Of a DNA stretch of 64,000 bases, positions 42,425 to 51,340 are shown piece by piece. Below the pieces are notes generated by a model that had not been told where the DNA came from, ran no database searches, and worked only from the letters and a program-made list of their open reading frames with translations. This DNA comes from Prevotella sp. (GTDB lineage: Bacteria; Bacteroidota; Bacteroidia; Bacteroidales; Bacteroidaceae). Within the stretch, counting starts at the first letter, position 1. Each line of letters begins with the position of its first letter. The stretch is taken from contig JAGCXX010000080.1 in assembly GCA_017961115.1 (NCBI GenBank), forward strand, positions 1,166 to 65,165, read 5' to 3'. Position numbers and translations under genes: made by a program.

Positions 42425-44218
42425 TTAATGGTTCGGCAGGAACCCGGTGACAGGTCTGCGGCTCGACTCAAGTTTCTCTTGTTTTGTGAACTTTCTTATC
42501 ATTTCTATGTCTGCTTCTTTGCCTGTCAGCACAAACTGCATGGTGGCTTTGCGTGCGATGTTTTCTATCTCTCCACCAGTGACGTCAAACTCCTTGGCCA
42601 GCGTGCCTGCATCCTCCTCGTCCAACCAGTCCACCAAGGTTTGCCAGATGTGTGTTTTCACCTCTGTGCCTGGTTTCTCAAACTTCACCTTGAAGATGAA
42701 GCGGCGCTCAAAGGCGGTGTCGAGGTTGGAGGTGAGGTTGGTGGTCACTATCATGATGCCTTGTATGTTCTCCATCTCTTCCAAAAGGATGTTCTGCAGC
42801 GTGTTCATCATCTGCTCAATGCTGTGCTCCACCTTCTCAATGCGTTTCGAGAGGATGGCATCACCTTCGTTGAGAAGCAAGATGGGGGTTACCTCACTGT
42901 TCATGCAATATTGGCGATAGTCTGAGAATATCTTTTTCAGTTTGGCTTCACTTTCACCTACGTATTTGTCTTTGAAGTCTGTGACTTGCACCTGGATGAT
43001 GTCACGTCCTGTCTGGCGAGCCAGTTCGTAAACGGTAGCTGTCTTTCCGGTTCCTGGCTGACCGTGCATCAAAATGCATACTCCCGTGCGCATCCCTTTG
43101 CTCTTCAGACGCTCCTGTATGATTGGCAGCTGGTCTTGGGAAAGGATGTTGCGGAGCATTCCCACCTGTTCTTGTTCCTCTTCATTATAGAATAGTGCCT
43201 TTGGTGTGATGTTCCTATATGACTTGACTCCGTTCATTTTAGGAACATGCTTGTTAGAGTGGTCTATTGGATTGAAATCCGCCAGAATCTCATTCTTGAG
43301 GTAGTTTGTGGCAACATATAGGTTGGTCTCAGCCATCCCATTTACACACTTGTGCTCTATGAGATTCTCACGAAACAAGACATGGGTGCCTTTCTGCATC
43401 GAATCGACTACGCGTCTGAAGTAGGGCGTTGTCTCATGTGGATAGACCAGTTGTACGTCACGAGGTCCGATACCCTCATTGTCGGAGCCATTGAAATTGG
43501 CATAATCAGCGACGACGAGCATAAGAAGTGACAGACAGTCGATGTCCTTGAAACTGTTTGCCAAACTACATATGGGTAACTCGGCATTGGCGTTGACCAG
43601 CTCCTGTAGCCAGTATTTCTCGTCCATGAAAAGGAGGCTTTCATCGTTGTAGCCAGCTCTGATATGCTCGGCCAATCTGTCCACGAACTCTTGCGTGTCC
43701 TTACACTCCAAGACCTCAGGCTCGAAGGGACGGTTCTCACGGATAGCGCTGATCACGCCTCTTGCCAGAGCATAACTGTCGTACATACCATCATTCTCGC
43801 TATCACCGCGATGTTGCAGCCAACGCATCTTGAACAGTTCCTCGATGTCATTGTAATATGTCATCATGGAGAGACGCGTGAGTCCGAGTATCTTGCCCAT
43901 CTGACGGAATGACATAGGGGTGCCTTCCTCGATGAGCATGGCGATGACAACGCATTGAACGGGATTGATGCCCAGTTTGTCTGACAAGAAACTGAACGCT
44001 TCTGCGCAGCGGATGAACAGGTTTTTGTTCAACTGGCTCTTGGGAGCGGCATCGTTGATGGCATTAAAAGCCTTGACAATGTTCCACTCCTCATGGATGG
44101 GGACGACCTTCTCAGACTTGATGCCACGTTTTTCTTGCGGAGATTCATAGTCTCCGAAGTCATCGATGAATTCTTCTGTCAACTCAAGGTCAATGTCTTT
44201 TGGCAGTTTCCTTTTCAT
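42425..44218 (-). CDS. AAA+ ATPase (classical clade) with long N-terminal domain
   Basis: GQPGTGKT, KYVGESEAKL, variant Walker B ILLLNEGD, TTNL...LDTAFERRF. Confidence 0.9.
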   Translation of the reverse strand: MKRKLPKDIDLELTEEFIDDFGDYESPQEKRGIKSEKVVPIHEEWNIVKAFNAINDAAPKSQLNKNLFIRCAEAFSFLSDKLGINPVQCVVIAMLIEEGTPMSFRQMGKILGLTRLSMMTYYNDIEELFKMRWLQHRGDSENDGMYDSYALARGVISAIRENRPFEPEVLECKDTQEFVDRLAEHIRAGYNDESLLFMDEKYWLQELVNANAELPICSLANSFKDIDCLSLLMLVVADYANFNGSDNEGIGPRDVQLVYPHETTPYFRRVVDSMQKGTHVLFRENLIEHKCVNGMAETNLYVATNYLKNEILADFNPIDHSNKHVPKMNGVKSYRNITPKALFYNEEEQEQVGMLRNILSQDQLPIIQERLKSKGMRTGVCILMHGQPGTGKTATVYELARQTGRDIIQVQVTDFKDKYVGESEAKLKKIFSDYRQYCMNSEVTPILLLNEGDAILSKRIEKVEHSIEQMMNTLQNILLEEMENIQGIMIVTTNLTSNLDTAFERRFIFKVKFEKPGTEVKTHIWQTLVDWLDEEDAGTLAKEFDVTGGEIENIARKATMQFVLTGKEADIEMIRKFTKQEKLESSRRPVTGFLPNH

Positions 44219-44255
44219 TATGTAGATGTTTTTTATTGAATCTTAAAATCGTCGG

Positions 44256-44263
44256 CAAAGATA
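44256..44263 (-). promoter_or_regulatory. -7 promoter box (TATCTTTG) of the AAA operon
   Basis: caaagata on + strand. Confidence 0.65.
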
Positions 44264-44270
44264 AACGATT

Positions 44271-44337
44271 GTATCGGATTTGTCATTTTTGTTATACCTA
44301 TACTAAGTGGCGTATCGGATTTGTCATTTTTGTTATA
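44271..44337. repeat. Perfect 26-bp direct repeat, 2 copies (putative operator)
   Basis: gtatcggatttgtcatttttgttata at 44271-44296 and 44312-44337. Confidence 0.9.
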
Positions 44338-44730
44338 TGTATATAAGTGGAGGAGGAAGTCTTTTCTATCAAACAACCTTCTTTTTTCGCTGATACAACT
44401 TTGCTGTACAATTGCGAAGTCTTTACGAGTCACCATTTCTTCACCGAATCTGGAGAAGGTGACTTGACAGTGAGACGGATGAGTTGTCGGTAATTAGGGA
44501 GAAGGAGCCACCAAAGAAGGGACAGGGCAGCAGAAGGCGACATGTCCATATTTGACGAGAATAGGTTTATTACGATGGAGATGCCTGCCGATTGCTGTCT
44601 ATATTATATTGTTTTCCGGTATGTGGATGGAAACCTATGGGGTGGGCATTCTATGAGACATTTCGTATGGGAAATGTCAACTTCTAGAATCTAACCATAA
44701 GTTTGGTAAGAACTTGGTAGGAACTGATGT

Positions 44731-47565
44731 CTATTTCATCTTGGGCTTCTTGGTCAGTTTGTAGGCGCAGGTGAGCATGACGTAACGTGGGATGCAGTTG
44801 TTCCAGGTTTCAGTGCGGCCTTGGGCGTCTACGTTGTATTGCTTGCTGGAGAGTTGTCGGAGAAGGTCAAAGGCAGTAAGTTTGAGGGTGAGTTTCTCCT
44901 TGAGGATGGAGCGCGAGAGTTCTGCGTTCCACACCAGGTCGTCGGTGTTCATCATGTCGCTGTTGTAACCGCGTCGGCTGAACATCTTGATGTCGGTGGC
45001 GATTGAGAGCCGCACCCATGGGATGGTGTACATCAGGCGGGCACCGTAGTTGAAGTCGAAGGCGCTGATGCGCTCAAAGTTCTCACGGTCGCTGGTGCTG
45101 CTGCGCCAGTTGACGTCGCCCAGGATGGCGGCAGTCAGTTTGTCTTTCTGGAATTCCAGTTCGAGCCGCTCATGCAGAAACCAGTTGTTCACCGTACTCT
45201 TGTCGGCTTGTCCTTTTGTCGACGATGCCATATATATGACGGGGAAGTCCACCGAATGGGTGTATGAGGCGTCTGCCTGTTGTTTCAGTGTAAGGAGTTT
45301 TTTCTTGTCGATGGGTTGCTGGTAGGTGAGCGCAACACGGGCGTTCCAGTTGCCATTGATATTGTCGTTGCTGAATGTGTAGGCACCTGTCTCACGGTTG
45401 TAGGTGGTGCGTGTGCCCATGGCGTTTCGGGTTAGGCCGGCATCTGCTCCGATGGTGGTGAAGTGCTTGGTGCTGTCGTTGTTGAATTGGAATCCCAGGC
45501 TCACATTGTGTATGACGGTTGGTTTCAGCGAAGGATTGCTTATCCATGTGGCCAAAGGGTTGGAGGTGTTGTCGTGGGGCATGAGCGATGAGAGACTGGG
45601 CCGTGTGACATTCATGTTGTAGGAAGCATATTGCAGTCCTTTTTGTTTACCCCACTGATAATAGTAAATGAAAGGTGTGAACTGTGTGTAATGGCGGTGG
45701 GCGATGGTGTCGATGCGGTGGTCGTTGTAGTCCAGCCGTTCGAAAGTAGGCCTGACGGGGAATTGGATGGATATATACCCTTTGTCGTCTACACGGCTGA
45801 TGTTCAGATTTCCGAGATACTCGCGTGTCAGGAGTTGTTGGTTGACGCTGTTGTCTGTATCGAGCACGCTCAGCAACTGGTCTCGGCTGGAGGGCAGCCA
45901 TCCAATCTCATGAGGGTCGTTTTTCGCGTCTTCGAGCCAGTCGAGGCGGAAGAGGTCGTTGCGGCTCTCACTCATGTTCTGTCTGAAGCTTGCCTCAGCG
46001 GTGATGCTCCATTTGTTGGGCAATTGCAGGGAATATTCGCCGCCGAATGTATATCGGTAACCATCTTGACGTGTGTCGTTGTATTTGTCGCGCAGGTCAT
46101 CGAGATGGCTTTGGGCATAATGTGTCTCTGTGCGGGAGTAATTGTCGCTGGGTTTGGTCTGGTTGTAGTTGATATTGGCGTGGAGGCTGAAATAGTCGCC
46201 CCAACTGAATTTCTTGTACCAATTGATTGAACCGTTGAGTTGGAGAGTGCGGTATTTGTTGAGCCCTATGTTCAGTGTTCGGTTGATGGGTGTCTGCTGC
46301 CAGGTGGAGTCCTCACTGTGGGCATCACGTTGGCCGTTGCTGTAGTTGAGTGAGAAAATGGTGTAGAGTGTGGTGGGCTTTTGGATGGTGAAACGGTTGT
46401 TGAACCAAAAACTGAAGTCTTTCTGCTTGTTCCACGATTCCGAACCGCCCATGATGTTGCCGTCGGTGGCGAAGCGCTCGGTGGAGGTGCGGCTCCAGTC
46501 GTCGGAACTGCTCCAGTTGATGGTGGCATCCATATCCTCTTCCCAGTTTTTGTCAGCGTCCTCGGTGTTGAGATGCAGGCCCGTCTGCTTTGTGGTGCGC
46601 AGTCCTTGTGGCATCTCCGAGGGTGTCCACTCGCCTTCGCCACCAGGATGGCGGTTTTCGTTCACGTTGTTGGCATTGCCAAAGAGTGAGATACGGGAGT
46701 GGTCGCTGTAGTATAGTCCGAAGAGGCGTGCCATATAGCGGTTGTCGGTACCGCCGCCCACCTCGATGTTGCCCATGTATCCCCTGTTGTACTCACGCTT
46801 GAGTTCTACATCCATCACATAGTCTTTCTTCTCGATGTCGCGGCCTATGAGTTCGCTCTGTTTGGTCGATTTGTTGTACACCTTGATGTCGCGCACGGTG
46901 AAGTAAGGCAGGTTGTCGAGCATCACCTTGTTCTGCCCCTTGAAGAAGTCCTTTCCGTTGAGGGTGAGATAGTCCACTTTCTTCCCGTTGATGTAGATGT
47001 CGCCGTTGTCCTTGAGTTCGGCACCGGGCATCTGTCGGATAAGTCCGTCGAGCATCGACCCTTCGGGTAGGTTGAAGGCGGAGGCGTTATAGACGATGGT
47101 GTCGCCGCGGTAGGCTATCTTCACGCGGGTTCCGGTGATGGTCACCCCCTCCAGGTCGTTCTCCCGCCAGATGTCATCCTGTTTTTTCTTCATCAGGATA
47201 CGCGGCAGTTCGAAGTAGGAGTTGCGCGCGATATGGCGCAGTTGGTAATTCAAAAAAGTGTCTTCATAGCCTTCTGCGGTGGCCTTGATGATGAAGTCAT
47301 CGTGAATGGCGGGCACTTTGAGACTGTAGTACGATGAGGTGCCCCACGTCATGCAGGTGGTGGTGTCGACAGTAGTGGAGTCGGTGCGCATCAGGGTGAC
47401 GAAAGCCTTGATTTTGGCTTTCGTGAAAGAGTCGTAAACCTCACCAACGAGTTCGATGGTGCGCTCTTTCTTTTTCTTGGTCTCCTTGGCAGTGGAGTAG
47501 TTTTGTGCGGTTATAGGAAGGCTGAGGGTCAGCAGAAGGCCCATCAGCAATGAAATCAGTTTCAT
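44731..47565 (-). CDS. Outer-membrane beta-barrel protein (TonB-dependent-like)
   Basis: Signal peptide; RGDTIVYNASAF..EGSMLDGLIRQMPG, LNGKDFF; C-terminal PRYVML. Confidence 0.88.
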   Translation of the reverse strand: MKLISLLMGLLLTLSLPITAQNYSTAKETKKKKERTIELVGEVYDSFTKAKIKAFVTLMRTDSTTVDTTTCMTWGTSSYYSLKVPAIHDDFIIKATAEGYEDTFLNYQLRHIARNSYFELPRILMKKKQDDIWRENDLEGVTITGTRVKIAYRGDTIVYNASAFNLPEGSMLDGLIRQMPGAELKDNGDIYINGKKVDYLTLNGKDFFKGQNKVMLDNLPYFTVRDIKVYNKSTKQSELIGRDIEKKDYVMDVELKREYNRGYMGNIEVGGGTDNRYMARLFGLYYSDHSRISLFGNANNVNENRHPGGEGEWTPSEMPQGLRTTKQTGLHLNTEDADKNWEEDMDATINWSSSDDWSRTSTERFATDGNIMGGSESWNKQKDFSFWFNNRFTIQKPTTLYTIFSLNYSNGQRDAHSEDSTWQQTPINRTLNIGLNKYRTLQLNGSINWYKKFSWGDYFSLHANINYNQTKPSDNYSRTETHYAQSHLDDLRDKYNDTRQDGYRYTFGGEYSLQLPNKWSITAEASFRQNMSESRNDLFRLDWLEDAKNDPHEIGWLPSSRDQLLSVLDTDNSVNQQLLTREYLGNLNISRVDDKGYISIQFPVRPTFERLDYNDHRIDTIAHRHYTQFTPFIYYYQWGKQKGLQYASYNMNVTRPSLSSLMPHDNTSNPLATWISNPSLKPTVIHNVSLGFQFNNDSTKHFTTIGADAGLTRNAMGTRTTYNRETGAYTFSNDNINGNWNARVALTYQQPIDKKKLLTLKQQADASYTHSVDFPVIYMASSTKGQADKSTVNNWFLHERLELEFQKDKLTAAILGDVNWRSSTSDRENFERISAFDFNYGARLMYTIPWVRLSIATDIKMFSRRGYNSDMMNTDDLVWNAELSRSILKEKLTLKLTAFDLLRQLSSKQYNVDAQGRTETWNNCIPRYVMLTCAYKLTKKPKMK

Positions 47566-47651
47566 GGCTGCGAAGTTAGTCATTTTTTTACAATCAGCCG
47601 ACAACGGCGAGAATTATTCAAGATAATTGATAATGTAAAACAAAATTTTAC

Positions 47652-47690
47652 AAAAAAGATGAAGGTGTGAACCACGTCACACCTTCATCC
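47652..47690 (-). terminator. Intrinsic terminator of the B12 operon
   Basis: gatgaaggtgtga/tcacaccttcatc stem with a T run on the minus strand. Confidence 0.8.
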
Positions 47691-47722
47691 ACTGTTCAAG
47701 TTTCGCTTTCCTCAACTTTCAA

Positions 47723-49243
47723 CTATCTCACCACTTTGCGTGTGGTGCCGTTGCTCATGCGGACAATCTGGATGCCTCGCTGTGAGCTTGATATGCGCTT
47801 GCCGTCGAGTGAGTAGCGCATCACTGGTGTAGCGTTGCTCACCGTTTGGGTGTGGCGGATGTCGGCAGACATGTCGGCCTCACCACCGAAGTTGTCGATG
47901 CAGAAATAGCCTGGGGTGGTCATGCCCCAATCGTTGTTGCGTGAACTGCTCACGGCGAAGGTGAGGCTCTTTACCTCGCCCAGTGCGCTCAGGTCCACCC
48001 ATTGCCAGTCGTTGAGGTAGTAGTGGTCGGCCTCGTTCTCCGAGCGGTAGTCGGCGAGATACACTTCCACGGTGGCTGTGGTCTCATCGGCATGCGTGCC
48101 GGTGATGGTCAGCTTGCACCAGTCGCCGGTGGCGAAGGCTCCTGGTGTCATGCCGTCGCCCACGGTGTAGGCATACACGTTCCAGGCAGAGTTGGTGACA
48201 TACATGCCGTTGATGAATGCGGCGCCTCCTATGGGTTCGATGGCCTCACCCATGTCAGAGGGGAATGCCACGGCATAGTTGGATGAGCCATCGTAGCCAT
48301 GGCCCACACAGGAGCGGAACTGGTCGGCATAGGTGGCGTAGGCAGTGGAGGTCTCGTTCGACACGGCAAAGCCCGACCATGAGGCATACATCGGATTGTA
48401 GAGGGTGGTGAACTGATAGCCGCCGCTGGTGAAATGGCTCTTCGTCACTTGTGAACCCCAGGTGTCGGTCACTGTCTCACCTTCTACACCTGCTCCGCAG
48501 TAATTGCTCTCTGCCTCAAGGGTTATTTCCTCGAAGGTGGCTGCACCAGAGGGAGCTGTACCGTTGAAATCGTCGATGCAGAAATATCCTGGTGTGGTCA
48601 TCCCCCAGTCGTTCTTGCGTGAACTGTCCATGCGGAAGGTGATAGACTCCACCTTGCCCAGTGAGCTCAAATCTACCCAGTGCCAGTCGGTGAGGTAGTA
48701 GTGGTCGGCCTCATTCTCCGAACGGTAGTCAGCGAGATAGACCTCCACGGAGGCTGTGGTCTCATCGGCATGGGTACCGATGATGGTCAGTTTAAACCAA
48801 TCGCCGGTGGTGAACGCGCCGGGTGTCATGCCGTCACCGTTGAGGATGGCATCCACTGCCCATGCATTGTTGGTCACATAGAATCCGGAGATTTCCTCTC
48901 CGTCTTTGGCATCAACCTCTATCACCTCTCCCTGGGGATAGGCGATTACATATTTCTCCGAGCCGTTGGCACCATGTCCCACGCAACTGTTGAACTGGTC
49001 GGGGGTGATGTCCTTGAAGGTGGTCTCCGTACGGTTGGAGATGCAGAATCCCGACCAGTATAACCACTCTGGGAAATAGTTGCAGTAGAACGTGAAGCCG
49101 CCTGCCTCGAAATAGCCATCTTCACCGAAATCATTCTTGTAACCACTTTCATTGACTTCAAATTCCTCGAAAGTCACAACGTCGCCTGCCATACAGGTGA
49201 TTCCTGCCAGCAGACCAATCATCAAAAAGTAAAGTTTCTTCAT
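47723..49243 (-). CDS. Tandem DUF4465 protein (BtuJ-like cobalamin-binding) with T9SS-like C-terminal tail
   Basis: Two repeats WSGF..SN..T...YLADYR..WxWVDLS.LG..TPGYFCIDxF; tail YSLDGKR...GIQIVRMSNGTTRKV. Confidence 0.85.
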   Translation of the reverse strand: MKKLYFLMIGLLAGITCMAGDVVTFEEFEVNESGYKNDFGEDGYFEAGGFTFYCNYFPEWLYWSGFCISNRTETTFKDITPDQFNSCVGHGANGSEKYVIAYPQGEVIEVDAKDGEEISGFYVTNNAWAVDAILNGDGMTPGAFTTGDWFKLTIIGTHADETTASVEVYLADYRSENEADHYYLTDWHWVDLSSLGKVESITFRMDSSRKNDWGMTTPGYFCIDDFNGTAPSGAATFEEITLEAESNYCGAGVEGETVTDTWGSQVTKSHFTSGGYQFTTLYNPMYASWSGFAVSNETSTAYATYADQFRSCVGHGYDGSSNYAVAFPSDMGEAIEPIGGAAFINGMYVTNSAWNVYAYTVGDGMTPGAFATGDWCKLTITGTHADETTATVEVYLADYRSENEADHYYLNDWQWVDLSALGEVKSLTFAVSSSRNNDWGMTTPGYFCIDNFGGEADMSADIRHTQTVSNATPVMRYSLDGKRISSSQRGIQIVRMSNGTTRKVVR

Positions 49244-49285
49244 GTTTTGTGTTATTTAGTTGATAAAATCGTATTCAGTCTCTAT

Positions 49286-49352
49286 TTTCATCCTTCATCC
49301 TTCATCTTTAATCTTTCATCTACTTTCATCTTTCATCCTTCATCTTTCATCT
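49286..49352. repeat. Heptamer tandem repeat (YTTCATC, about 9 copies)
   Basis: tttcatc cttcatc cttcatc tttaatc tttcatc ... Confidence 0.85.
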
Positions 49353-51335
49353 AAATAAGGGGTGTAGGTCCTCTGCTCCGGCAATCTCTGTGGAGGTCTC
49401 GCCGAGCCATCCGCATTTTTGGTTCTCGCCATTATAAACCCTTACAAAGTCGATGCGGTCGAGGTCGACTGGTTGCCGATGCTCATCGACTGCCCAGGAG
49501 ATGTCGATGCTGCATCCCAGCGTGTCGGTGTTGGCATAGTTGTCTGCATAGCCGTAGCGCAGGGAGGAAAGCCACCAGTATTGTTGGGAACCCCTGCTTT
49601 GGTTGACACCATTCTTTGGCAGCAGCGTGCCTCGGAAGGAGAGTGGTCCCTGATGCCACAATGGGAAGTACTCCTGTGTGTGGAAGGTGTTGCGTTCGAT
49701 GGTGCCAGAGGCTCCGAGGTTGTCGGTCCACGTGATGTCGCCAAGAGGATTGGGGGTATAGGTGATTTCGTAACCATAGTTGACGAGTCCTATGCTGTCG
49801 GTGTCGGCACTGCCTGCAATCTCATACCACGGGTCATCGGGGATGCCGTTGTGGTTGATGTCTTTCGACACCATCACGATGCCCGGTTCGCTGTTGCCGT
49901 CGTAGCAGTTGCCCTTGATATAGATGTCGCGCTCTCCTTTCACGTTGGCGATGCTGTGGTCGAAATGGAAAGTGATGTATCCACCATATCCGCCGAGTGT
50001 CACCAGTCCGCCGTTGTTGCCGGCGAGCAGCTGAGTGCATTTCTCAGCCACGGTGGCAGGCGTGTCGTCGGCTGTGCATTCGGGCATGGTGTTGACAAAC
50101 TGCCCTGGGGCAGGCATATATTCGTCGACGGCTTGGATATACGGACTGTATGAAGTGGGGGTGTCGGGGTTGGATGGGATGACTGCTCCTCCGAGGTGGT
50201 GGGGCAGCCAAGCGGCATGCCCTGGTATGTCGCCCGTCCATGTGGTCCATTTGAATTTCCCGTTGCGGTCGAAGCAATAGAGTTTTCCACTCGACACGAA
50301 GTTGGTGGCATCCATGATGTAGATGTCGTGGGTGGCGGGATGCACCAAGATACCGTATGAGGTGCGGATGGGGTTGTCGGCGGGTTCTTCGATAAGATGG
50401 GTGCTCACAATCTCCCGCTTATTGACATCGATGATGCCGAATGTGTTGGCAGCCTTTCCGTTTGTGCCATAGACAGCTCCATAAAAATAGATGGAGTCGC
50501 CCTCAAGGCACATCCCGCTGACAGCAGTGTCGATGGAGTCGGCCACAGCCATGCGTCCGTCTTTGTCTTTGTCGAGCAGGTAGAGGCGAGGGGGCATTTT
50601 CATATAGTCGCCTCTCGAGGCCACCCAAAGCCGACCGTGGCGGTCGGCGCGGATGAGCGCGAGGTTGGGTGCCACGTCAATATGCCGTTCCAGGGAGAAT
50701 GTGGTAAGGTTGATGACGCTCACACGGCAGTCATAGCCTCTTCCCTGCACGGCCTCATAGCCACCGCTGTTCACCACATAAAGTTTGCCGTTGCTCACCG
50801 TCAGTTCATCAGGCTGATAGCCTACGTTCACCTTGCCCACCACCTGCAGCGAGGTGGTGTCCACCTTATAGACACCGCCCACCACTGACTCCTTGCCAAT
50901 CTCTCCCACATAGGCACTCACATAGACATATTTTCCGTCGAAAGCGAGGCTGCGGCAGTTGGGGATGTTGACATGGCCGCGGCTCACGGCAGTTCGGGCA
51001 TCAGCCACCTCCACATTGTTCGACATATTGACCACCATCCACAGGCTTGATCCATAGACCTTGATGTCGTTGCCTACATCACCGAGTTCCATCACCTGCG
51101 ACGGGTTGCGGGTGGGGTAGATGTTGCGGGTATAGATGCCTGTGGTGAGGTCGAGGTAGTCGAGGGTGCATTTGTTGGAACCCATGTTGCCCTCATTGAG
51201 CACATACAGTCCTGCGTATTCTGTCGTGCTGGTGTCACCGGTGTGGTCGCTGATGGGGTAGGCGATGATGTCATCGTCGCGGCACGCGGTGAGCAGTGTC
51301 ATGAAGGCAAATGTCAGTATGAGGAATCTTTTCAT
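49347..51335 (-). CDS. Surface lipoprotein: BtuG-like beta-propeller fused to a BtuH-like domain
   Basis: Lipobox LTAC; YVLNEGNMGSN, LGDVGND; second domain EYMPAPGQFVN, LGGYGGY, SEPGIV, GETSTE. Confidence 0.8.
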   Translation of the reverse strand: MKRFLILTFAFMTLLTACRDDDIIAYPISDHTGDTSTTEYAGLYVLNEGNMGSNKCTLDYLDLTTGIYTRNIYPTRNPSQVMELGDVGNDIKVYGSSLWMVVNMSNNVEVADARTAVSRGHVNIPNCRSLAFDGKYVYVSAYVGEIGKESVVGGVYKVDTTSLQVVGKVNVGYQPDELTVSNGKLYVVNSGGYEAVQGRGYDCRVSVINLTTFSLERHIDVAPNLALIRADRHGRLWVASRGDYMKMPPRLYLLDKDKDGRMAVADSIDTAVSGMCLEGDSIYFYGAVYGTNGKAANTFGIIDVNKREIVSTHLIEEPADNPIRTSYGILVHPATHDIYIMDATNFVSSGKLYCFDRNGKFKWTTWTGDIPGHAAWLPHHLGGAVIPSNPDTPTSYSPYIQAVDEYMPAPGQFVNTMPECTADDTPATVAEKCTQLLAGNNGGLVTLGGYGGYITFHFDHSIANVKGERDIYIKGNCYDGNSEPGIVMVSKDINHNGIPDDPWYEIAGSADTDSIGLVNYGYEITYTPNPLGDITWTDNLGASGTIERNTFHTQEYFPLWHQGPLSFRGTLLPKNGVNQSRGSQQYWWLSSLRYGYADNYANTDTLGCSIDISWAVDEHRQPVDLDRIDFVRVYNGENQKCGWLGETSTEIAGAEDLHPLFR

Positions 51336-51340
51336 TCTTG

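Noticed and set aside
44271-44337. Possible mini-CRISPR
   Set aside because: Only two repeats with a 15-nt gap and no cas genes in the window
33300-44700. Prophage, ICE or diversity-generating retroelement as the explanation for the island
   Set aside because: No integrase, structural, conjugation or reverse-transcriptase genes, and no att or TR/VR pair seen. The DUF1810 copies differ mostly at synonymous sites rather than specifically at adenines.
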